Below, piece by piece: positions 38,983 through 45,520 of a stretch of 45,520 bases of DNA. Under the pieces are notes generated by a model. The model was not told where the DNA came from. It did no database searches and saw only the letters and a program-made list of their open reading frames with translations. Each line of letters opens with the position of its first letter. Positions within the stretch are counted from its first letter, which is position 1. The translations under genes and the position numbers were made by a program. Origin of the DNA: a virus. Its lineage: Duplodnaviria; Heunggongvirae; Uroviricota; Caudoviricetes. The stretch lies in the IMG/VR virus record IMGVR_UViG_2579778748_000005, one strand, 5' to 3'.

Positions 38983-40894
38983 TCACTCCTCCGGACAGCT
39001 TCGCTGCCAGTTCTTTAAGGGTTGGCCGGGTCGTCTCTTCTTCCCGGGATTTTGCCAGTACAGCCAGATCAAGCTGCCAGCGTTGCACGGACACACGTAA
39101 TGCCGCGTAGGCATACACCAGGCAGTCCAGCGCTTCGTTACGCCGCTTTTTGTTATCCCACAGCAGACGCATCTTTCCTTTTTCCCACTTCTCCACAAGC
39201 TCTTCCGCGACCAGTTGCTGCGCCTCTGTCTGCGAAAAAATCTCCGGATCATCAGGAAAACGGATGGCATACGACGTGGCTTCATCCGCAGGCGTGGGCT
39301 CGGCTTTCATACGGGCATAGAGAATTTCTTTTGCGGTGTCCGTCCCCACTTCACACAGATAAACGCCCCGCTGATTGCGGGTTTTCGGCATGGTGATCAC
39401 CGGCTTGCCATAGACAGACGCGCCTTTTACCGGCAGCACACGGAAAACACCGTGTTTTTTTGACCTCTGGTAGACGATTTCACCATCGATCCCCCCGGTG
39501 TCCCAGCAGACACGGGAAATGGTCATTTCGGTGCCATCCGCATGGCGGTATTTTTTGTTGATCGCCGCATCCACACGTAACAGCGTCTCTTCCTCATCAG
39601 GACGCCCCATAATGATGATTTTATCCACCAGAAAAGCTTCCTCTCCCGGTGCCCATCCCCAGACATACATCTCAAAACGGTTTCGCTGCGAGTCAATGCC
39701 CGCCGTCAGATAAACCACCCGGGCAGGCACCGCCGCCGTGTAATGCACGACCTTATCCATCAGTACCTGGTGATCGAGTTTTTCGCCCACGGCCTCTTCC
39801 CAGGTCTCGCCCAGCGTGGTGTTCACAAAGGTTTTCAGGCCGTTGGGATCTTTCAGTGCATCCAGCCAGTCATAGACTATCTGTACCCAGGTGGTGAATG
39901 GACTGTACGCTGTCCAGATATGGAACGTGATGGAGCGCGGCGGCGGAATTTCATTATCCGCGGCGCTGAAAAACGTCAGACCGTCACGGGTCCACATCCC
40001 CGTGTTTTCACAGATCCACCGCCCGTTGCTCTGGTCAAGCTCAGACTGATGGATCACGCAGCCATGATGTTCACAGAGGTAGAAAACGCTTTCGGGGCTG
40101 TCCTTCTCCCATTTAAGGCCAAAAGGCGTGGATTCATCGCCAAATTTCAGATACTGCTCCTCCCCACAGTGTGGGCAGGGCACATAAAAACGCATGAAAT
40201 GCGCCGACTCGTTGGCCGCTTTTTCGATCTGGCAGGTGCCTTTGATTTTAGGCGTCGAGCCGCGAATGGATTTGGGCCATACAGAGCCCTCAATACGTTT
40301 ATCCCCAAGCAGGGTTGGCGAACCCTCTTTTTCGACATCCGGTTCGAACGAGGAAAGTTCGTCATAGCAGACCACGTCCACGGATTTTTCACGGTAGTTT
40401 TTGGCGGCAGCGCCGCCCAGGCACCAGAAGCCCACACCCGATGAAAAGCGTTTCAGCGTGAGAGTATTGTCACGATGTTTACGCCCCAGCCATGGAGAAA
40501 GTTTTTTCAGGCAGGGAACATCCCGAATCGTCGCCTCCACGTGAGACTTCATAAAATCTTCAGCGGCAGAATCCGTGGGCTGAAAAAGCAGACTGTTTCG
40601 GGATTTATGCTCAATAAAATACCCGACCACCCCCAGCAACATCTTTGTATAGCCAACACGGGCAGATTTAATCAGATTAACAGTCCGGATCTGATCATTC
40701 CCCATGCTGTTCATGATGGCGATCTGGAACGGCAGCGTTTTCCATTCTCCCTCACCATATGAAGATTCTTTAGGCAGATAATAATTTTGATCAGCCCATT
40801 CAACTGGCGTCACCGGCAATGCCCTTATCAGGGGCTGTAATGCTGTTGTGACAGCACTCATCATATTATTCAGTTGTTGCTCTGATATATTCAT
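38966..40894 (-). CDS. A: Terminase large subunit A, about 642 aa (start at MNISEQQ)
   Basis: Strong similarity to recalled lambda gpA (EWADxNYYLPKES, KSARVGYxKMLLGV, HFMRFxVxCPHCGEEQYLKFGD). Confidence 0.95.
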   Translation of the reverse strand: MNISEQQLNNMMSAVTTALQPLIRALPVTPVEWADQNYYLPKESSYGEGEWKTLPFQIAIMNSMGNDQIRTVNLIKSARVGYTKMLLGVVGYFIEHKSRNSLLFQPTDSAAEDFMKSHVEATIRDVPCLKKLSPWLGRKHRDNTLTLKRFSSGVGFWCLGGAAAKNYREKSVDVVCYDELSSFEPDVEKEGSPTLLGDKRIEGSVWPKSIRGSTPKIKGTCQIEKAANESAHFMRFYVPCPHCGEEQYLKFGDESTPFGLKWEKDSPESVFYLCEHHGCVIHQSELDQSNGRWICENTGMWTRDGLTFFSAADNEIPPPRSITFHIWTAYSPFTTWVQIVYDWLDALKDPNGLKTFVNTTLGETWEEAVGEKLDHQVLMDKVVHYTAAVPARVVYLTAGIDSQRNRFEMYVWGWAPGEEAFLVDKIIIMGRPDEEETLLRVDAAINKKYRHADGTEMTISRVCWDTGGIDGEIVYQRSKKHGVFRVLPVKGASVYGKPVITMPKTRNQRGVYLCEVGTDTAKEILYARMKAEPTPADEATSYAIRFPDDPEIFSQTEAQQLVAEELVEKWEKGKMRLLWDNKKRRNEALDCLVYAYAALRVSVQRWQLDLAVLAKSREEETTRPTLKELAAKLSGGVNGYSR

Positions 40895-41375
40895 CGAGTA
40901 AATCCGGTAATTTATCCCCCGCCCGCGCACACTGATTTGCCCCCTTCGCAATAAGGGTTTTCAGATGGTCAAGATGGCGCGGTGTTAAATCAGGAAACTG
41001 TCGCTGCATGGATAAAGGGATGGAATCAAGCGTACTGGATAACGCCATTGCCAGCTTGCTGAGAGCAAAAATACAGAACCCGGTATCAATAAGTTTTCCT
41101 TTTGACACCTCATTTTTTAACTGCTGTGTAACAGCCTGTTCTGCTGTCAGTTCCCATCTGGCAATAAGCAATTTCTCCTCATAGTCGTCTTCGCTATCGC
41201 CATCAGGCACATCGTTTTTACTTCTTCTCAGATACGATATGTAAAAATCGCGCCAGGCATCCAGATCCAGTTGCCCTCGCTTATTCGATATCGGGGCACC
41301 CGGCAATTTCTGCAATCTGCGAAGCTGGCGATCGGTCAGACTTAAATGCCTGGCAACTTCAGTCTGCGTAGCCAC
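40866..41375 (-). CDS. nu1: Terminase small subunit Nu1, 169 aa (GTG start)
   Basis: C-terminal half matches lambda Nu1 (LSxQRxFP, LLxEYI); N-terminal wHTH diverged; GAGGTGAGGAG SD. Confidence 0.9.
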   Translation of the reverse strand: MATQTEVARHLSLTDRQLRRLQKLPGAPISNKRGQLDLDAWRDFYISYLRRSKNDVPDGDSEDDYEEKLLIARWELTAEQAVTQQLKNEVSKGKLIDTGFCIFALSKLAMALSSTLDSIPLSMQRQFPDLTPRHLDHLKTLIAKGANQCARAGDKLPDLLDEYIRATTE

Positions 41376-41414
41376 TCCTCACCTCGCAAAAACTCTCACT
41401 TCACAATCACAACA

Positions 41415-41558
41415 AAACCGGTCATGTCCGGCTTACATGTCTATTTTTTGTGCATGCCCGGTTCACAGAAGACCTCTTTTTTTATTTTTCATATAGTTAA
41501 CTTGAAGAGAAACCGGACATGGTTCCCGGAAAATTTTCATAAATAGCGAAAACCCGCG
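41415..41558 (-). promoter_or_regulatory. Prophage cosB (CCGGACATG-type R sites and AT-rich bend)
   Basis: Motifs seen between cosN and the nu1 start. Confidence 0.65.
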
Positions 41559-41570
41559 AGGTCGCCGCCC
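41559..41570 (-). other. Prophage cosN, GGGCGGCGACCT
   Basis: Identical to the recalled lambda 12-nt cohesive end; flanking sequence matches the lambda cos region. Confidence 0.85.
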
Positions 41571-41718
41571 CGTAACCTGTTGGATCGACGGAAAGGACCC
41601 GAAAACGAGAATAATTATCACTTACAGCAAGAATCGAATCTGATCTATTATGGTGCTTGCTATTATGTGCCGGCACAAGTGCGTCGTTTACCGTCATTTC
41701 ACACAGAGGCATCATCAA

Positions 41719-41970
41719 ATGAAAATCAGAAATATTCTCGCTATCTCCCTTGCAACATCATCCTTCAGTTGCCTGGCATTTAAATCCTCGCCCAATGTGC
41801 TACCAGGACCAACGAATCAACTAACTGCGGTAGAAAGTAAAATTATCGGACATTTTTATGCCCCACACAGTGCATTACCCGGAACAACCATCACAGGGAC
41901 ATGTGACGCCTCCCCCGTCCCGGGATGCACCTGTCCGTTTTGTACTATGCTGCGTAGCCAAAACCGATAA
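41719..41970 (+). CDS. Predicted secreted cysteine-containing small protein, 83 aa (moron)
   Basis: Sec-type signal peptide MKIRNILAISLATSSFSCLA; mature part has 4 Cys (TGTCDASPVPGCTCPFC); antisense to the late operon. Confidence 0.5.
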   Translation: MKIRNILAISLATSSFSCLAFKSSPNVLPGPTNQLTAVESKIIGHFYAPHSALPGTTITGTCDASPVPGCTCPFCTMLRSQNR

Positions 41971-42031
41971 CATCCGCATTTACCTGGTATTACATGATGA
42001 GTTCACGCAGCGACTGATAGAGGAAGGAAAG

Positions 42032-42211
42032 ATGGTTAGTAAAAGCAAGGCGCATTGCCGCCGCATGCTGCAGGCATTGCAACAGACGAGAGCAGGTATT
42101 TTTGACCAGTTGGAAAACTGCCAGCATACTTTGCCCGAGTATATCGCCATCTCATCGGAAACCAGTGCAACTCTTATTCATCGGGTTCCACCAGAGAAAA
42201 AGAAGAAATGA
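42032..42211 (+). CDS. Hypothetical protein, 59 aa (moron)
   Basis: Strong SD GAGGAAGGAAAG; followed by a GGCGTTGT...ACAACGCC hairpin. Confidence 0.4.
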   Translation: MVSKSKAHCRRMLQALQQTRAGIFDQLENCQHTLPEYIAISSETSATLIHRVPPEKKKK

Positions 42212-42333
42212 ACAGTGAGGCGTTGTGTGGCATACAACGCCTTCTTCCATCATTCCTCGTCAGCCATGACAAAAATATAACCGCTGGCTCTTTCATTTTT
42301 CTCCTGCGTCCAGCCCCTCTCTACCTGGAAGCA

Positions 42334-42660
42334 TCAAGGACGTGACGGCGTAAAGATAAATTGTCTCTTCACTCCCTGACAGGGGCGATTCTTTTCAAAT
42401 CGCCATTTCGCCATGGCCTTCACCACTTCATCACGAAACAAATTATGAGGCTCTGAGCGGAGAAAAACGATCCGTGTCACAGTCCCATCAGCACCAATAT
42501 CGAACTTAACCTCAACCAGCCCCTTGATATAATTTGCTGCAGCATATTCCGGATATCGTGGATACACCGTCACTAATTGCCGGGGCTCATCAGCTTTTTG
42601 CTGCGAGCATCCCACTGCCAGGACAGATAACAGAAAAAGTAGTAAAAGGCGTCTTTTCAT
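42334..42660 (-). CDS. Lipoprotein with TonB C-terminal-like domain, 108 aa (moron)
   Basis: Lipobox LAVGC; PRYPEYAAANYIKGLVEVKFDIGADGTVTRIVFLRSEPHNLFRDEVVKAMAKWRFE parallels the recalled TonB C-terminal domain ([57 protein letters not shown]). Confidence 0.75.
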   Translation of the reverse strand: MKRRLLLLFLLSVLAVGCSQQKADEPRQLVTVYPRYPEYAAANYIKGLVEVKFDIGADGTVTRIVFLRSEPHNLFRDEVVKAMAKWRFEKNRPCQGVKRQFIFTPSRP

Positions 42661-42971
42661 TTTTATTCCTACGGGTCTTATTCTGACAATATATCCTGTG
42701 TTCCAGACTGCCACATCACCACATCCTGTGCCATTATCTGACTCACATTACATACATCGCATCGGGATACAGTAGTAGCACTTTCTGTAATACAGCTTCC
42801 TGTTTCTTCCACCATCGCACCGGGATAAACCCGCGAATCATTAACGCGGTAAAAAACCCGGTGTGCATCGTTTTTAATTATCCCCGCACACTCGCGCAGA
42901 GGAGTCTCCCTGTCGGGCTGCGGTCTCTGTTAATGAGGGAATATAGCGACGATACGGCGCATCAACAAAAC

Positions 42972-43445
42972 TTATTTCAGGCACTGAGTGCGGATATAGT
43001 CCTGTGCCCCTTCCAGTTGCTTGTGCATCGTCATCAGCCGCTCTCTGAGGGTGAAATAATCCCGTGTAACGGTGTCTGCCAGTTGGGGGCCGGTTGCATT
43101 ATCCACGCCGGAGGTGGTGGGGGCTTCACGCACGGAGCCTGGACAGGTGGCGTTGATCCGCAGGCGCTTACGACCAGCGGCAACGTCAGCGCGAAGAGTT
43201 TCATTTTCAGCTCTCGCATCGGCTAATTCCCTCGAGTATTTTGCATCGAGCGCAGCAACATCGCGCTGGCGCACCTGCATATCAGTAATGGTTGCGTTCG
43301 CCAGCTTCAGTTCACTGGCTTTGTTATCGCGCTGCGCTTTGTAGGTAATCGCGTTATCACGGTAATGGTCTGTTGCCATCCACAGCGCACCACAGGCCAC
43401 CAGCAGAATAACGATAAACGCGGAAAGCATTCGGTTTATGTTCAC
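42972..43445 (-). CDS. Rz: Spanin Rz (i-spanin), 157 aa
   Basis: [14 protein letters not shown]...DVAAGRKRL matches recalled lambda Rz. Confidence 0.9.
   Translation of the reverse strand: MNINRMLSAFIVILLVACGALWMATDHYRDNAITYKAQRDNKASELKLANATITDMQVRQRDVAALDAKYSRELADARAENETLRADVAAGRKRLRINATCPGSVREAPTTSGVDNATGPQLADTVTRDYFTLRERLMTMHKQLEGAQDYIRTQCLK
43034..43219 (-). CDS. Rz1: Spanin Rz1 (o-spanin lipoprotein), embedded in Rz in the +1 frame
   Basis: Lipobox VVSAC and [14 protein letters not shown] motif as in lambda Rz1. Confidence 0.8.
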   Translation of the reverse strand: MRELKMKLFALTLPLVVSACGSTPPVQAPCVKPPPPPAWIMQPAPNWQTPLHGIISPSESG

Positions 43446-43573
43446 CCCAGCAACCCCGACGAAGACAACATCATCCAGGCCATGGAAAGAAAAAGAGCAA
43501 CCAGCATTAGTGAAAATGAAATGCCGACAATTACACAGAGGATCTTCGCCAGCGTTATGAGTTTGTCTGACAT
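43442..43573 (-). CDS. Small single-TM membrane protein, 43 aa, coupled to Rz
   Basis: GGGAGG SD; stop overlaps the Rz start codon. Confidence 0.5.
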   Translation of the reverse strand: MSDKLITLAKILCVIVGISFSLMLVALFLSMAWMMLSSSGLLG

Positions 43574-43587
43574 GCTTAATCCTCCCT

Positions 43588-43770
43588 TCACGATTTCAAC
43601 GCAATGACCAGTTTTGCCAGCCCATACAGCATCGGGGACACAGCAACACCGACCGCCACCCACTTAATGGCAAAAGCCAGTGCTCTGCTGATGTCATCAG
43701 TTACAGGCGCTTTCAGTTCAAGGCCATTTTTCATAGTCAACCTCAACAGAATTCGTTTACACTTCGCCAT
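43588..43770 (-). CDS. Small membrane protein, 60 aa
   Basis: AAGGGAGAAC SD before ATG 43770; C-terminal hydrophobic segment. Confidence 0.5.
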   Translation of the reverse strand: MAKCKRILLRLTMKNGLELKAPVTDDISRALAFAIKWVAVGVAVSPMLYGLAKLVIALKS

Positions 43771-43926
43771 GTTCTCCCTTGCCTTACTCAAGGTCAGAAA
43801 CACAAAACCTCGCTTGGTGCCAACAAACGGGGTTTTTACTTTTATTCACTTACGTTTCGCCAGTTCGCAGGATTTCGTGTTATCCGCCCGCGTGGCCATT
43901 CCTCATTTTTCAGCAAAATATTCTGC

Positions 43927-44460
43927 TTATCTGTCGATACCCCAGCACGCCAGCGCGCTCTCCTGGTCACGACGGGATACCTGACCGTAACAGTTGTTTG
44001 AACGAATACGGCAGTCTCTGCCACCGTCCTTAATCCACCAGCGAATCGCTTCGCAGGCACCTTTTCGATCACCAGCATTAATTCGTCTGTAAAACGTCGA
44101 CGGGAAACACTTACCGGGACCAATGTTGTACGGACAGAATGACGCGATCCCCGCTTTCTGGGGTTCGGTCAGCGGCACTCTGATGTTTTTCTCCACCCAC
44201 GCCAGCGCTTTATCACGCTCAATGGCGTTAACCTGGTCGCATTTTTCCTTCGACAACTTCATGCCCGGAACGACAGGTTTGCCATCCACCATGATGGCAC
44301 CACGGCAGATGGTCCAGATACCTGCACCATCACGGTATGCTGTGGTGTGCTTGCCTTCCTTTTCATCCAGAAACTGGTCGAGAATGTCAGGCGCAGGCGC
44401 ACCAGCGGCAATCAGCGCCAGAACGGCAGCCGACAGGCCGTATTTGATTTTGGTGTTCAT
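43927..44460 (-). CDS. R: SAR-endolysin (phage lysozyme R), 177 aa
   Basis: N-terminal signal-anchor KYGLSAAVLALIAAGA and a lysozyme body matching Stx-phage-type R as recalled. Confidence 0.92.
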   Translation of the reverse strand: MNTKIKYGLSAAVLALIAAGAPAPDILDQFLDEKEGKHTTAYRDGAGIWTICRGAIMVDGKPVVPGMKLSKEKCDQVNAIERDKALAWVEKNIRVPLTEPQKAGIASFCPYNIGPGKCFPSTFYRRINAGDRKGACEAIRWWIKDGGRDCRIRSNNCYGQVSRRDQESALACWGIDR

Positions 44461-44496
44461 GGATATATTAAATATTCAGCCGCTGTCCCTGGCCCA

Positions 44497-45387
44497 CTAA
44501 ATACGCACTTTAAGATAAGTCAGCCCCGGATGAAGCCAGTAAGCCGGCACTTTTTTAAAGGGTGGAGTATTAAAATCACGAAGAAGAGCCTCCCGCACAA
44601 TTGCATCCTTATCAGCACCACTGGCCAGCGCTTCAATCTCAGCAGCTACCTGCAGATATCCCATGCAACGGCCAACGCGCTTCATCAGCCCCTGCTTTTT
44701 ATTGTTCTTCAGGTAATCAATGGCAAATTCAATGAGCTCCTCACTGTGCTGGTGCGATGGAGGTGTTACTTTCCCATTTTCTGAGATGGTTATTTTCCCA
44801 GCATCACCGGATACAACAAAGGATGGCCGGTTACACTCCCATTCCGGGTCACTGAAATTATCATTATGAATACTGAAACACTCTGCGAGATTTCTGCTCA
44901 TCACTTTCCGACAATAATCGTCAAACGCAGCAAACTGCTTTTCATCGCCAGAAGGCACCAATATCGACCATTTCTTATTCAGCTCAACGACGTAGCTCTC
45001 CAGTTTTTCAATACGTGATTCAACATCATCTTTTTCTGACCGCAGTGTTGACGGCGGCATCTTCAGAGAACAAGTAATTCTTCCCGGTAGCTTTCCTTTG
45101 TAGGTTATCAACACATCCTGCGCCTCTAAAATTACGGGGCGCTTTTCCGGCAACGGACCATCCCCTTCACATAACCCGGCAGCAACATCCATGAAAAACT
45201 GCTTCGCCTGCTTTTTCGCCTCAGCTTCGTAAAACTCCAGCGTGGCACCTTCAGTACGGTCAAGACTAATCGCCACATCTGGCAACAACAGCGACGCTTG
45301 CCCGTCACCTTCCGGCTTCACAGTAACAGTAACCTTATCCCCGTAATTATTTATCCCCTTAACAACCAGTTCATATTTTTTATTCAT
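44497..45387 (-). CDS. Hypothetical soluble protein, 296 aa, inserted between holin and endolysin
   Basis: GGGGAGAG SD; start lies 4 nt after the holin stop; no recognisable motifs by eye. Confidence 0.8.
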   Translation of the reverse strand: MNKKYELVVKGINNYGDKVTVTVKPEGDGQASLLLPDVAISLDRTEGATLEFYEAEAKKQAKQFFMDVAAGLCEGDGPLPEKRPVILEAQDVLITYKGKLPGRITCSLKMPPSTLRSEKDDVESRIEKLESYVVELNKKWSILVPSGDEKQFAAFDDYCRKVMSRNLAECFSIHNDNFSDPEWECNRPSFVVSGDAGKITISENGKVTPPSHQHSEELIEFAIDYLKNNKKQGLMKRVGRCMGYLQVAAEIEALASGADKDAIVREALLRDFNTPPFKKVPAYWLHPGLTYLKVRI

Positions 45388-45391
45388 CACT

Positions 45392-45520
45392 TTACTCTCC
45401 CCGCGCCGCCTTACGCCGGTCCTCTTTGATTTTGAAATACAGGTTAGTCAGATATGTCAGCAGCCCAAACAGCAGACTCCCCAGCACGCCTATTGCCGCC
45501 CACTGAGACGGGGAAACCCT
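45392..45520 (-). CDS. S: Holin S, C-terminal part (gene runs off the window)
   Basis: Reverse translation ends ...[32 protein letters not shown], a hydrophobic segment plus charged tail. Confidence 0.75.
   Translation of the reverse strand, partial: RVSPSQWAAIGVLGSLLFGLLTYLTNLYFKIKEDRRKAARGE

Larger units (their letters stand above)
17052..45520. mobile_element. Lambdoid prophage, late/morphogenetic half (continues past the window end), inserted where potC is expected
   Basis: Complete lambda-order head and tail gene set, cos, lysis cassette; no potC after potB. Confidence 0.85.

Overview
Escherichia coli chromosomal segment (phoQ, roxA/ycfD, pepT, potA, potB) carrying two mobile elements. 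(1) A ~10.7 kb phage-satellite-like island (1548..12230) sits between phoQ and roxA, bounded by a 31-bp direct repeat. It encodes a tyrosine integrase, AlpA, a P4-alpha-type primase-helicase with an iteron origin, SSB, a PerC-family regulator, homologues of lambda E (major capsid), D (decoration) and Nu3 (scaffold), and a Nu1-type small terminase gene flanked by two inverted copies of a lambda-type cos site. It has no portal, large terminase, protease or tail genes. (2) Downstream of potB, where potC would be expected, lies the late half of a lambdoid prophage (17052 to window end), in lambda order on the minus strand: partial holin S, an inserted 296-aa ORF, SAR-endolysin R, two small membrane ORFs, Rz/Rz1, morons, cos, Nu1, A, W, B, C, D, E, FI, FII, Z, U, V, G/T, H, M, L, K, I, J, lom, stf, then a SAM-methyltransferase cargo gene flanked by tfa 3' remnants. 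The satellite's second cos site copies the prophage cosN/cosB and its capsid genes are diverged homologues of the prophage's, so the window appears to hold a satellite next to a probable helper. All calls rest on reading the sequence and recalled protein families; no searches were run.
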